From a virus, in IMG/VR virus record IMGVR_UViG_3300044614_001341, positions 32,001 through 96,000 of that record: a stretch of 64,000 nt of DNA, one strand, 5' to 3'. The notes beneath the pieces are model-generated. The model was not told where the DNA came from, ran no database searches, and saw only the letters and a program-made list of their open reading frames with translations. A program made the translations under genes and the position numbers. Positions 45,503 through 55,936 of this stretch are shown here, in pieces. Each line of letters begins with the position of its first letter. The first letter of the stretch is position 1.

Positions 45503-47218
45503 TTATAATTCAGTTTTATAAGAAAATCCTTTTTTCTTTTCAAATTTTAGAGTCGTATCAAACTTATCTTGAAGGTCTGTTTTATGAGAAATTACAAAAA
45601 CATTAGTATCTTTAACCACATATCTAATAATTTTTAAAAATTCATCCGCACCAAAACCATCAAGAGAAGAGTCAAAAACTTCGTCAAATAAAAGAATATT
45701 GCAATTTACGGAGTTTTTGACTCTTGCAACTTCACGCCAAGCAAACAGCAAACTCAAATCAATTCTTGCCTTTTCACCTTCAGAAAATGAAGAGTATGAG
45801 AAATCTTCATGAATAGGTGACTTAACACTCTCATTAAATTCAGAATCCAATTCAAAATTAATATAAAAATCCATCATCTGAAGATAACGATTCACCTGCT
45901 GATTTATAAACGGAAGATACTTCTTGATTATCTTCGTTTTAACGCCATCGTCCTTGAGTAAGGAATAGGCAAAATCGTAATAAACGATTTCTTCTTTTTT
46001 CTTTGAAAGGTCTTCGAATGTTTTTTGGAGATTGGTTTGAAATTCTTCTAACTTCTCATGCTCAGTATTTCTGTTTGCAAGGTTTTGGGTAATAGTTTGA
46101 ATTTCAGATTCAAGGTCTCGGATTTGTCTCTGGTTGAGTGAAATGCGAGTATTGTTTTGAGAAATCTCATGGTTGAGTTTCGTAATCTCCTTGGATAGAA
46201 CTGCGAATTGACGCTCTCGTTCTTGTTCTAACTTTATAGTCTCCTCAAGTTCTTGAAAACCTTTCTGGAGTTCCTTTGCTTTATTTTGAGCGTGTACAAT
46301 TCTATTTAACCTAAACTCTTCTTCAATTGTTTGAGTGCAAGTGGGGCAGACCGTATTTTCTGTGAAAAACTTATGTTCTTTGGTAATAGCAGATACTTTC
46401 TGTGATATTTTGCCCTTAAGATTGTTTAGTTTTACTAACTTATCATCGGCACCAATGAGTTCTTCCTGCTCTTTAGTATAGGTAAAAATCTGCTCTTCGG
46501 TTTTGGCACTTTCGGTCATATAAATGCCAACTTCTGCATCTAAATTGACAATCTTTTCTTTATTGGCATTGATATTGGCATTACCACGATTTTCAAGTTC
46601 CTCAATGAAACTCTGTTGCATCTTCATCTTATCCTTAAGAGTTTCTTTCTTAAGTTCAAGAGATTTAATCTGGTCTTTTTTCTCACGAATTTTATCCTTA
46701 ATGAGATTGTTCATCGCAGAAAAAATACGAATATCCAAAAGATCTTCAATGACCTCTCGACGATTAGAAGTAGTCAATTGCATGAACGGGACAAAAGTAC
46801 TACTACCCAAAATTACAATTTGAGTAAAAGACTTATAATTTACTTTAAGAATATTTTCTTCTAATATTCTTTGATTTGCCCTATCATCCGCTTCTTTATG
46901 AAGAAGATTACCATTAACCTCAATATCAAAAATATTTGGTTTAATCCCACGACGAACAAGATAATCTCGACTATTCACAGAGAACTCAATCTCTACAAGA
47001 CAATCTTTTTCGTTGGTAGTATTAACCAGTTGCGGTTTATTAATCCGCCTAAATGGTTTGTTGAAAAGAACAAAAGTAAGTGCATCCAAGATTGTGGACT
47101 TACCTGCACCATTCGTTCCAATAATTAAATTTGTATGGTGTTTTTCAAAATCAACTTCTGTCCACTGATTTCCAGTAGAAAGAAAATTTTTCCATTTAAT
47201 CTTGTGAAATACTAGCAT
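45503..47218 (-). CDS. g46: recombination endonuclease subunit (gp46, SbcC/Rad50-like)
   Basis: KNFLSTGN, GTNGAGKST, CPTC hook, FSEGEK, LFDEVFD. Confidence 0.96.
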   Translation of the reverse strand: MLVFHKIKWKNFLSTGNQWTEVDFEKHHTNLIIGTNGAGKSTILDALTFVLFNKPFRRINKPQLVNTTNEKDCLVEIEFSVNSRDYLVRRGIKPNIFDIEVNGNLLHKEADDRANQRILEENILKVNYKSFTQIVILGSSTFVPFMQLTTSNRREVIEDLLDIRIFSAMNNLIKDKIREKKDQIKSLELKKETLKDKMKMQQSFIEELENRGNANINANKEKIVNLDAEVGIYMTESAKTEEQIFTYTKEQEELIGADDKLVKLNNLKGKISQKVSAITKEHKFFTENTVCPTCTQTIEEEFRLNRIVHAQNKAKELQKGFQELEETIKLEQERERQFAVLSKEITKLNHEISQNNTRISLNQRQIRDLESEIQTITQNLANRNTEHEKLEEFQTNLQKTFEDLSKKKEEIVYYDFAYSLLKDDGVKTKIIKKYLPFINQQVNRYLQMMDFYINFELDSEFNESVKSPIHEDFSYSSFSEGEKARIDLSLLFAWREVARVKNSVNCNILLFDEVFDSSLDGFGADEFLKIIRYVVKDTNVFVISHKTDLQDKFDTTLKFEKKKGFSYKTEL

Positions 47219-47471
47219 TCTTAGGAGGAATAACGATATCGTCAGGAGTGATTACAGCATAACGGTAATTATACATCTTACAAGTCTTGATTGCAAGCTC
47301 ATCATCAACTTCTACAACTTCCATTTCAGTTTCTTCTTGATCTTCTAACATCAAGGCATAACGAGTTGCATCATCTTCTTTCTCAAAAAGAAATAGGACC
47401 TTATGACCGTACTGGTCCTGAACTGCATATGCTCCGTCGTCTTTTCTGTCCTTGAGTGTAAGAAGAAACAT
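47196..47471 (-). CDS. conserved cyanophage hypothetical protein
   Basis: GAYAV...FEKEDDA.RYA...DIVIPP between g47 and g46. Confidence 0.75.
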   Translation of the reverse strand: MFLLTLKDRKDDGAYAVQDQYGHKVLFLFEKEDDATRYALMLEDQEETEMEVVEVDDELAIKTCKMYNYRYAVITPDDIVIPPKNASISQD

Positions 47472-48509
47472 TTACTCTACTTCGCAAGATTGTTTATAGA
47501 GGTCTTGAAAGATTCCTTTGATGACATTCTTATCAAACTCAAACTCTGCCTCATCAATATATCTATTCAAAATTGAAATGGTGCTTTCCTCTTCATCAAT
47601 TTCAAAATCTTCACTTTCTTGAATGTCAAAGTTCTCAACAATTTTGAGTTCTTGAATGCCAGCAGTATAAAGTTTGTCGATGAATTTCTCAAAATCTTTT
47701 GGTTTAGATTTTTTGCGAACAATCACTTTAACAATTTTATTTTCATATTCGGTAGCGTCAAATAACTGATATGGCGTATCCTCATAATAAATGTGGTAAA
47801 ACAATTTATAAGGATTATTGACTGGAATGTGTTCTAATGTTTCTGTATCAAAGATATGAAAACCGCGAGTATCATTCACATCTGTCCAGTACATTTCATA
47901 AGGATTACCAAGATAGAAAATGCGTCCATTATCAGAACGAGTGTGGTAATGACCAGAAAATACCTTTGTGAAGTTTGAAAAAATATTCGAATCCAGTCCA
48001 TGTTCCTCCATAATCAAATTTCGATTTACACGGAAACCTTTAAGTTCTAAGTGCCCCATTGCAATCTTTGCTTTGGTCTTTTTGATTTGATTGAGAGTTT
48101 CATCATAGTTCTCACTACAAATCCAGGGAACCATCATAATATCCAGACCACCAACTTTAATAGTCTGTGGAGAACTATAAGTGCGAACATTAGGATAAGT
48201 TTGAAGAAGCAAACTTGGAGAGTTAACACTATTGGTATTCTTATAATAGCAATCGTGATTACCAATAATCATATGAACATCATAATCTCGCAGAGGTTCA
48301 AATACAACACGCTTTGCCCATTCAAGACTTTGATAATCAATTGATTTGCGACTATCAAATGCATCACCCATATGAATGACTGCCTCTACCCCATGTTCTT
48401 CAAGGGCAGGAAAGAAGACATTTTTATAGAAGAGTTCAAAGTGGTCGTGGAGGTATTTTGAACCCTTCCTTGCCCCATAATGACTGTCAGTTAAAATTGC
48501 TACCTTCAT
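47472..48509 (-). CDS. g47: recombination endonuclease subunit (gp47, Mre11-like)
   Basis: TDSHYG, HMGDAFD, GNHD, GHLE, SGHYH. Confidence 0.96.
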   Translation of the reverse strand: MKVAILTDSHYGARKGSKYLHDHFELFYKNVFFPALEEHGVEAVIHMGDAFDSRKSIDYQSLEWAKRVVFEPLRDYDVHMIIGNHDCYYKNTNSVNSPSLLLQTYPNVRTYSSPQTIKVGGLDIMMVPWICSENYDETLNQIKKTKAKIAMGHLELKGFRVNRNLIMEEHGLDSNIFSNFTKVFSGHYHTRSDNGRIFYLGNPYEMYWTDVNDTRGFHIFDTETLEHIPVNNPYKLFYHIYYEDTPYQLFDATEYENKIVKVIVRKKSKPKDFEKFIDKLYTAGIQELKIVENFDIQESEDFEIDEEESTISILNRYIDEAEFEFDKNVIKGIFQDLYKQSCEVE

Positions 48510-49024
48510 CGGTTACTGCGATACTGGATATTGTCCTTCATACTATTATACTCCGAATTGCTTCCAGAAAGCAAGTTGTCATCTATCATCATAACCTCAT
48601 CAAACCCAGTTCGTTCGATAATCTTAGTCTTAATATCTAGTTGCTTCTTCTCTTTTTGAATTCTTCTCAAAAATGCGTAGTGAATGATTTGAGTAAAATA
48701 AGCAAAAGGATTCTTTGACTTCTCAGGATCAAAGTTATGAATATATTGAACACAATTTTCAATTCCGTCAGAAATCATATCCTCACGAAACATATAATTT
48801 ACAAAATTTGGTTTGTATGATAAATGAGTCGCAATTTTTAGAAAACATTCGCCAAGATAGTTTGGAATTGGTGGTTTACCTTCCCAATGCTTTCCCCTAT
48901 CCTGTTTAGTTGGTGCTCTATCATACTTTTTAAGAAAAGAACTTTCAACCTTAGAGCGATAAACGATCATCGCTTCTAATAATTCTTTATTGTTTACATA
49001 ATGTTCAGTTTTTTTCTTGGGCAT
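48506..49024 (-). CDS. g55: late-transcription sigma factor (gp55)
   Basis: HYVNNKE, EDMISDGIENC, NPFAYFTQI..AFLRRI.KEK. Confidence 0.96.
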   Translation of the reverse strand: MPKKKTEHYVNNKELLEAMIVYRSKVESSFLKKYDRAPTKQDRGKHWEGKPPIPNYLGECFLKIATHLSYKPNFVNYMFREDMISDGIENCVQYIHNFDPEKSKNPFAYFTQIIHYAFLRRIQKEKKQLDIKTKIIERTGFDEVMMIDDNLLSGSNSEYNSMKDNIQYRSNR

Positions 49025-49134
49025 GGCATTGGACTCATTTAATATAACTTTTGTTTATTATAGCATAACTAAAAAAGCTTGACAAGGTATGAAAATACGA
49101 GTAGAATTGCTTTGTTGCTTTTGAAGATAAGGAT

Positions 49135-49542
49135 CTAGCCTTCTTTAATATCCTTAAAGAGATCCTCAAGTTTCTTTCTGGCATCTTCAACAGAAGAAAT
49201 ATATCCCATCTTTGATGATGGTTTTACTTTTCCTGAAGGGTTATAGACATCAATTAAAGATTCATCTTCAATATAATTATTGTAAATATCAATCAATCTC
49301 TTATCTTTAGTCTCTGTCATTGTAATAATCTTATCAAGTTTTACAATAAAGAAATCATCACTTGACATTTCTATCCAGGGTTTTACCTTAATGTGAGTTC
49401 CATGATGATTATGAAATGCTTTCATAGTGACTGGATTTTGTAGAACAATAACTGGATCGCCATCATTTTCATCAGACATGACCAATGATAATATTTCTTC
49501 ACCAGATATTAATTTAATAATTGCGTAAAACTCTTCACCCAT
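49135..49542 (-). CDS. conserved hypothetical protein (Sm-like fold plausible)
   Basis: IKLISGEEI, MGYISSVEDARKKLE. Confidence 0.75.
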   Translation of the reverse strand: MGEEFYAIIKLISGEEILSLVMSDENDGDPVIVLQNPVTMKAFHNHHGTHIKVKPWIEMSSDDFFIVKLDKIITMTETKDKRLIDIYNNYIEDESLIDVYNPSGKVKPSSKMGYISSVEDARKKLEDLFKDIKEG

Positions 49543-51005
49543 TAGTTTTTAAGCGGTATGTTTACAATATCATAATTAAAGTTTTCTTCATTATAAACTT
49601 TAATTCTTTCGATTAAATGATTGAGCGTATAATTTTTTCTTGATTTATAACTAATATCATCGGCAATGTCATACAGAGTTGCCTTTGTTTTATTGTCCCC
49701 CTTTCTTAAGACTCTTCCGATTGATTGGAGGTTTCTGATTCTTGATTTACTAGGGGAAGCAAAGATAACATTATGTAGATTTCTAATGTTAATACCAGTA
49801 GAAAAAGTCCCGTAAGAAGCAACGATGATTGCATTATTTTCTTTTTCTGTAATTTCTCTAACTTTTTCTCGGTCCTCAGTATCAACACCACCATGAACAA
49901 AGAACACGTGACGATCTTCAGCGATATTCTTATTTATGAGTTCGTATAAAGGTTGTCCGTGACCTTCTACTCTTGAAAATAGAATCAAAGTATTACCTTT
50001 AAGATCAATAGCAAGGTTCTTGATGAACTTGTTGCGTTTCTCGTGATTGATAATATACTGAACCTCATCCTCAAATGTTTCAAACTTATTCGGTGGGTGT
50101 TTCAATAGGAGAATGTTAATATCCAGTTTGGCAACGTGACCCTTCTGCATCAGTTCTTCTGTACGGATAATTTTGTATGAAGGTCCAAATAAACCTTCCA
50201 GAACCCACTTGTGCGTCTGTGTGCCATCAAGTGTTCCTGTAAATCCAAAACGATATTTTGCATCAGAAAGTTTTGTCATTATAGATACTAATGACTTTGA
50301 TTTAAACTGGTGTGCTTCATCTCCAACGACCACATTGAATCTTGAAAAATATTGTCGGGGAAGTTTGTAGATGGATTGCCAGGTCGTAATGATCACCTGA
50401 GAGTCAGTTTCTCTTTCTTTACCTGCATAGATCTTGTGGCAAAATGAACCCACATCCCACCCATAATCTGCAAAATCTTTATAAAGTTGTTCTACAAGGG
50501 ATGTCGTTGGAACAATTATCAAAGTATTTTGTCCTTTCTCAACGTAATATCTCACAATCGAATATATCATCAACGACTTTCCAGAAGCAGTTGGAGATAT
50601 CAACAACTTTCGATTATGTCGTAAAGCGTCGTATACTCCCTCAACTTGGTACTCGCGGGGAGAATACTTGCAGATAGAAGTCATATAGTCTTTCACACCC
50701 TCCTTTGAGATATTTTCGTTCACTTCAAAGGGAAGACCATAATACTTATTGTTTATAAACTCATAAGTATAATCCTGATTTTCACAGAACCGAGTGAGTT
50801 TATCTAGAAGACCGATATAAATCTCACCAGTCTGCGTATTGAATAGACGTATTTTTCCATCCCAATGCTTGTTGCGAAACTGGGGCATAAACTTGGCACC
50901 TGGCACGTCAAATGTGAACTGATCTGCAAGTTCGTAATAGACGTGTGGTTCTGCTTTTACCTGAAGATATACCTCATTCTTTTTAGATATAACCAAATGT
51001 GACAT
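49542..51005 (-). CDS. uvsW: DNA helicase UvsW
   Basis: WDGKIRL, SPTASGKS, DEAH, QSIGRVLR. Confidence 0.96.
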   Translation of the reverse strand: MSHLVISKKNEVYLQVKAEPHVYYELADQFTFDVPGAKFMPQFRNKHWDGKIRLFNTQTGEIYIGLLDKLTRFCENQDYTYEFINNKYYGLPFEVNENISKEGVKDYMTSICKYSPREYQVEGVYDALRHNRKLLISPTASGKSLMIYSIVRYYVEKGQNTLIIVPTTSLVEQLYKDFADYGWDVGSFCHKIYAGKERETDSQVIITTWQSIYKLPRQYFSRFNVVVGDEAHQFKSKSLVSIMTKLSDAKYRFGFTGTLDGTQTHKWVLEGLFGPSYKIIRTEELMQKGHVAKLDINILLLKHPPNKFETFEDEVQYIINHEKRNKFIKNLAIDLKGNTLILFSRVEGHGQPLYELINKNIAEDRHVFFVHGGVDTEDREKVREITEKENNAIIVASYGTFSTGINIRNLHNVIFASPSKSRIRNLQSIGRVLRKGDNKTKATLYDIADDISYKSRKNYTLNHLIERIKVYNEENFNYDIVNIPLKN

Positions 51006-51060
51006 ACGTTCATATCAATACAAAAATATTTATTGGCAATAAAAAAGAGGCATTTCTGCC

Positions 51061-51492
51061 TCAGTTGAATCCCGATTGGAATCTATGCCATTCCAGAGCA
51101 TTTTTAATTTGGAAAGTTCTATTAGATATACACTTAATAATTTCTTCTAAGAACTTCAACATAATGTCGTAGTATCTTATTTTGAGTTCTACCTTACTTA
51201 ACTTCTCATCACCATCCATATGCCTCTGTAGTGCCTCTTTGTCCCGAACTTTATATGGGAACGGTTCTTCTTCGTAGACCTCTATAGGCGCCTTTCCAGT
51301 GTAGTAATTGTAACGTTCTAGTTTGACTCTATTAAAAGTCTCTCTTGCCTTTTCACGTAACAAAGTAATTGTGTTATAGATTGTATAATACTTTGAATGA
51401 AGTTGAGGAATTTTTAAAGACTCATCATGTAAATTGTCAGGATCCATAACAGAGTCTCTCTGCCACATCTCCTGGATTTCGTCAAGGTTCAT
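51061..51492 (-). CDS. uvsY: recombination mediator UvsY
   Basis: ESLKIPQLHSKY, YYTGKA, QIKNALEW; synteny. Confidence 0.92.
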   Translation of the reverse strand: MNLDEIQEMWQRDSVMDPDNLHDESLKIPQLHSKYYTIYNTITLLREKARETFNRVKLERYNYYTGKAPIEVYEEEPFPYKVRDKEALQRHMDGDEKLSKVELKIRYYDIMLKFLEEIIKCISNRTFQIKNALEWHRFQSGFN

Positions 51493-52034
51493 AAGGGTTG
51501 ATTATTTTCATTGAGTATATTGTAGACAGTATACTTGAAAGTAACGTCTGCTGTAAAGTACTGAATGTCAGTTTGTGTGGAGTCAAAATCGAGAGATGAT
51601 AATGAAACTGGAAAAAGATCTTTAAATTTTACAACCGCACTAGTTTTATAGTTACTATTCAGCACATATAAACTTCCATCACTAAATGCTTGTTTAGGAT
51701 CTAAAATACCATCAGCATCTGTAATTAAATCTTTATACTGCCCTGTTGTCTCTGGAAAACCAAGACCAGTTAACCAATTATGAATTGCCATATAATTTTC
51801 CATATTCTCATCAACGATAAATCTTAAGATTAGATCACCATATTGAATCTTTCCACCAGGAACATCAAGATCCTTTAAGTAAGTTGGTTGTTGTAAAACT
51901 GTAAGATTTATTTCAGGTATTCTTGCAGAGTTGCAAAAAAATGGAACAGTTGGTTCTTTTGATAAGCTAAACTTGAAACCAACTGGCGATAAAAAATTTC
52001 TATTCGTAATTTGGTTTGGGAAATTACAAGACAT
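51489..52034 (-). CDS. g3: tail completion / sheath stabiliser (gp3)
   Basis: NFLSPVGFKF, FIVDENMENY..IHNWL, FP.SLS; synteny. Confidence 0.88.
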   Translation of the reverse strand: MSCNFPNQITNRNFLSPVGFKFSLSKEPTVPFFCNSARIPEINLTVLQQPTYLKDLDVPGGKIQYGDLILRFIVDENMENYMAIHNWLTGLGFPETTGQYKDLITDADGILDPKQAFSDGSLYVLNSNYKTSAVVKFKDLFPVSLSSLDFDSTQTDIQYFTADVTFKYTVYNILNENNQPL

Positions 52035-52037
52035 TTT

Positions 52038-52568
52038 TTACCTCTTATTGGGTTTTACTTTTGCTGTTTGCGGATTCTGAGCAGTTTTCACGTAAATTGT
52101 TCTTTTTCCAAAATCACTTGATGTAATTTTTGGATTACCTGAAACATCTCGAGCTGTTTGTAATGCCAAATCGTAGTTTGTTGAACGATTATAATCTCCA
52201 GCAGGTCCAAAATTACCAGTATCGGATACTTTAGTTGTTGCAACAGGTGCTTTTGTCCCTGGTGCCATTGTCATTTGCAGCTTTGTACCAAATGGTGCTG
52301 AAGGTTTAGTACTAGTTCTTGATGCATATGGAACGGCAACTAATCTTTGCTTATCATTAAAACGTTCTCCACTTGCTGTCAATGAACCTGGAGTATCTGC
52401 TTTACTATAAGAACTGACCTTTACAGGTTTCCAACCATATCTTTTTTGTTCAGTATCACTATGAGATCTTGGTGTAAATTTTCCAGTTTTCTTATCAAGA
52501 ACTCCTGGTTTATAGTTTTTATATGCCAAAACTTGAGATTCCGATAAAAACTCTCTAAATGTTTTCAT
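52038..52568 (-). CDS. RlpA-like double-psi beta-barrel protein with capsid-targeting-like N-terminus
   Basis: SSY...TASGERF...VAVP...PFGTKL...V.DTG...DL. Confidence 0.7.
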   Translation of the reverse strand: MKTFREFLSESQVLAYKNYKPGVLDKKTGKFTPRSHSDTEQKRYGWKPVKVSSYSKADTPGSLTASGERFNDKQRLVAVPYASRTSTKPSAPFGTKLQMTMAPGTKAPVATTKVSDTGNFGPAGDYNRSTNYDLALQTARDVSGNPKITSSDFGKRTIYVKTAQNPQTAKVKPNKR

Positions 52569-52588
52569 CTTTTTATTTGTATTTAGAT

Positions 52589-52615
52589 AAAAAAAGAGAC
52601 CCCTAAGGGTCTCTT
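52589..52615 (-). terminator. Rho-independent terminator after g23
   Basis: AAGAGACCC-TTAG-GGGTCTCTT followed by T tract. Confidence 0.85.
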
Positions 52616-52634
52616 GGTCGAGTTGTGAACTAAC

Positions 52635-54035
52635 TCACATCAGGTTAGCAACCTTGACTCTTCTGTAGTAGGTGTTTGCATTGGTGGTCAGAGCACCTGC
52701 ACCTGGGTTAAGACCCTCAGCGAATGGGTTTGCAACCATTCCATAACGGGTCTTAAAGCCGATCTTAGGCTGGAAGGTGTTCTCGCCAACTGCACGTACC
52801 ATCTGGAGAGGTACATATGGGCAATAGAACAGACCAGCATCATATGGGCTAGAACCCTTATAACCGACAACGTAGAACTGGTTAGCAGATACGTTTGCCG
52901 AATATGGGTCAATGTATACGCGATACTTACCTTGGAGAACACCAGCGAAGGTGTTACCGGTATCATCAACGTTCAGGTTAGCGTTGAGTGCAGGGGTGTA
53001 ATCGAGAACACCAGCCATTGCAAGTGCTGAAGCAACGTCAGCGGAGCAAAGGATAGTGTTGCCCTTTCCTCTACGAGTTTGCTGTGCAATTGCGTTTGCA
53101 TCGCGCTCGATTTGGAAGATAAGACCCTTGAACTTCTCAACCGACCAACGACCGTTGGAGTCAACGTCGAGGTCAAAAGTACCAGCGGTAGCGGTATTTA
53201 CTTGAGCACCAGGCTTAGCAATCTTGTAGATGGTTCTGATAACTTCGCGGTTGATCTCAGCAAGAATCTCAGTTGAGAGAATATTTGCGAGTTCAGCCTC
53301 AGCATTCAGACCGTGGATTGCCTTGAGGTCCTGAGCAAGCTCAAGTGAGTACTCAGCCTTGAGGGCGCGTGACTTAGCGGTAACGGTGACTTTCTCAATC
53401 GAGAATGCCATCTGGTTAAACGCATCAGATTCGCCAAGCGATTCTGCGTTGTCAGTTCTCATGCCCTGACCGACGTTGTAGATATCAGCGCCGGTAGCGT
53501 TAGCAGTCTGGTTTGTTGGACTTAGAACTGAAGGGTTGAGACCTTGCTGGGCAGTAGTACCCATACCAACAGCACCACTCGTCCATCCTTCGACTTGATC
53601 GAACGATGCACTCTGACCAGAGAATGCTGAATCTACTTCGTTGTAGAAGGTTTCAGTTCCAGACTGGTTGGTGTAGCGTGAACGCATTGCGAAGATCAGT
53701 CCGGTAGGACCGTTCATTGGTTGAACGCCACAGAGATCATAGGCGATCAGGTTAGGCATCGAACGACGGATCAGTGAGATCAGTACGGGATCGAAACCTT
53801 GCATAGCGCCGGTGCTACCAGCACTAAATCCAGTACCAGCTCCAGTGCTGGTTCCTGTGCTATTAGTTGGTGACTCATAGAGGAACTCGCGCTCTTCGCG
53901 GATGATTCTCTCTTGGTTTTCGAGCAGGATTGCGGTTACAGCTCTACGATGTGAATCTTTGATAGGATCCAGACCGTCGTAGTCTAGGAGCGGTGCCCAC
54001 TTCTCCTGCAATTGCTCGGTATTGAACATTTGCAT
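52635..54035 (-). CDS. g23: major capsid protein (gp23)
   Basis: KWAPLL, GVQPMNGPTGLIFAMR, ELAQDLKAIHGL, FQPKIGFKTRYG. Confidence 0.98.
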   Translation of the reverse strand: MQMFNTEQLQEKWAPLLDYDGLDPIKDSHRRAVTAILLENQERIIREEREFLYESPTNSTGTSTGAGTGFSAGSTGAMQGFDPVLISLIRRSMPNLIAYDLCGVQPMNGPTGLIFAMRSRYTNQSGTETFYNEVDSAFSGQSASFDQVEGWTSGAVGMGTTAQQGLNPSVLSPTNQTANATGADIYNVGQGMRTDNAESLGESDAFNQMAFSIEKVTVTAKSRALKAEYSLELAQDLKAIHGLNAEAELANILSTEILAEINREVIRTIYKIAKPGAQVNTATAGTFDLDVDSNGRWSVEKFKGLIFQIERDANAIAQQTRRGKGNTILCSADVASALAMAGVLDYTPALNANLNVDDTGNTFAGVLQGKYRVYIDPYSANVSANQFYVVGYKGSSPYDAGLFYCPYVPLQMVRAVGENTFQPKIGFKTRYGMVANPFAEGLNPGAGALTTNANTYYRRVKVANLM

Positions 54036-54085
54036 TTGGTTTTTACCTCTTTAGAAGTGTTAGTTTGATTGTTATGATTTAAAAA

Positions 54086-55243
54086 TCACTTTTTAGAAAC
54101 TCTTTGGAGAGTCTGAAGATATGCACCCATGGTGCCACCGACTGATTGAATATTCAAATTGGTTTCCTCAGACAAATTTTCACTAGCGTTTCTTTGAGCA
54201 CCAGTAGTTCTGGTTGGGAAGTATGATTCCCTCAGAGTTACCAGTTTCTCACGATAGCTCTCTTCACCATCAAACTCAACATTTTCGGCAAGAGAAGCGA
54301 GTTTGTCCTTCTGAGAAAGTGCAAGCCCCTCAGCGACATCTGCAAAAATTACATCAGCAACTGACTCCGCTAATCTTCTATTCAGAGCAACATTTCTTTC
54401 GATTTGCTCGTTGAGTTTTCCTTCCATTTCATCAAGTTTATCTACCATATTCTCGATTACATCATATCTATCTTCAGGGATTGTTACATAATGATCTTCA
54501 AAAAGTTGCTTCATTCCAACAAGGAATGATTCAGTCATTTCGGTCTTAAGACCGTGCTCAACTGCGAGTGCATTTTCTTGGATCCACTCGTCAGCAACAT
54601 ACTCAAGATAAGCATCAACTCTACTGGTGAGGCTTTCCTTGATTGCTTCGATTTCTTCTACAAGTGTATGCTCATAAGCATTTTGTAGAGACTCTTTGAT
54701 TTCAACAACCTTTGATCTGATTGCTGCTTCAAAAATAGTACGTGCTTTTTCTTGGAACTCTTCGGAGAGTTCTTCGCCAGCAAGAAGAGCATTGACATCT
54801 TCATCGATGTCGAACTCTTCTTCCATTTTCTTTTTGCCCTTTTTCTTGCCACCCTCTTCTTCTTCCTCTTCCTCTTCCTCTTCCTCCTCCTCTTCCTCTT
54901 CCTCCTCAGCCGCCTCAGCAACTACTTCCTCTTCATCTTCGAGAATCTCTTCTTCATCAATAAGATCCTCATCCTCTTCAGTCTCTTCCTTTGCCACAGT
55001 CTTCATAGGTTCAGCAGCCGCTGCCTTGGCATTGACTACATTTCTTACCTGAGCAAGAGTTGGAGTTTTGAGATGTGCTGACTCGTCATCTGGACGATAA
55101 TTTTCTGGAGTAGGACCACCAAGATCTTCCCAACCAGCAGTTTGACCTGGAGTTGCTCCAGTTAATTTGTGCATTGGTTCGGCAGGTGCAGCCCCTTTGG
55201 TTACTACGTTTTCCATTTCTTGTAAATTTCTACCAACGGACAT
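54086..55243 (-). CDS. g22: prohead core scaffold protein (gp22)
   Basis: acidic, LSEEFQEKA.TIFEAA, YLEYV..EW..EN. Confidence 0.93.
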   Translation of the reverse strand: MSVGRNLQEMENVVTKGAAPAEPMHKLTGATPGQTAGWEDLGGPTPENYRPDDESAHLKTPTLAQVRNVVNAKAAAAEPMKTVAKEETEEDEDLIDEEEILEDEEEVVAEAAEEEEEEEEEEEEEEEEEEGGKKKGKKKMEEEFDIDEDVNALLAGEELSEEFQEKARTIFEAAIRSKVVEIKESLQNAYEHTLVEEIEAIKESLTSRVDAYLEYVADEWIQENALAVEHGLKTEMTESFLVGMKQLFEDHYVTIPEDRYDVIENMVDKLDEMEGKLNEQIERNVALNRRLAESVADVIFADVAEGLALSQKDKLASLAENVEFDGEESYREKLVTLRESYFPTRTTGAQRNASENLSEETNLNIQSVGGTMGAYLQTLQRVSKK

Positions 55244-55284
55244 TTGTTTTAGATTCTTGTATATAATCTATATTTATTTATAAA

Positions 55285-55935
55285 TTATAGATTTGAAAGA
55301 AACTGTTGGAACAATTGTACTTTATGTTCCTGAAGAGTCTTTTCATTAACTAAGGTATTAATTCTACGCTTAGTTGACTCGGCAAGTTTTTCGCGAAGAA
55401 TTCCTCCTTCCCAAACCCACTCTTTACCTTCCATAATTCCCTGAACAAAAGCATCAGGAGCAGAGGGATCGGCAACGATATCTGCAGCAGTTGCTAGCAT
55501 AAAATCTTCACCAACAATTTTATGACCTTCGTTGGTCATCTTGAGTGAACCAACACCACGAGAAGAAACACCAAGACAAACTCCTTCTTTGATTAAAGAT
55601 TCTGCAATCTTACCCATTGGAGTTCCAAGAAGTTGTGCTTTACCGATGAAATTGGTTCCCTTTTGTTCAAGAGAAACAATTTTATGAGAAACACGGTCAA
55701 GATTGACGGTAGGACCATCAGGATGTCCAAGTTCTCCAAGAGCACGACCCTTAGAAACAAATGCTTCGTTATATCTTTTTACCTCGCGGGCAAGAGTTTG
55801 CATAGGATACATTCTTCCATTACGATTGCAAATATCACCCTGAAGGAAAACTCCCTCAATATACATTTTCTTTTCAGCACCTTTTCCTTCGGTGATGAAT
55901 TTTACTTGTGAGACTTCTTCTGTGATGAGTTTCAT
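55285..55935 (-). CDS. g21: prohead protease (gp21)
   Basis: MKLITE, NRNGRMY, GELGHP, GVSSRG.GS, DPSAP. Confidence 0.96.
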   Translation of the reverse strand: MKLITEEVSQVKFITEGKGAEKKMYIEGVFLQGDICNRNGRMYPMQTLAREVKRYNEAFVSKGRALGELGHPDGPTVNLDRVSHKIVSLEQKGTNFIGKAQLLGTPMGKIAESLIKEGVCLGVSSRGVGSLKMTNEGHKIVGEDFMLATAADIVADPSAPDAFVQGIMEGKEWVWEGGILREKLAESTKRRINTLVNEKTLQEHKVQLFQQFLSNL

Positions 55936-55936
55936 T

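Noticed and set aside
54658-55081. poly-Ser, poly-Arg/Lys and Phe/Leu ORFs
   Set aside because: Alternative frames of the Glu-rich tract in g22
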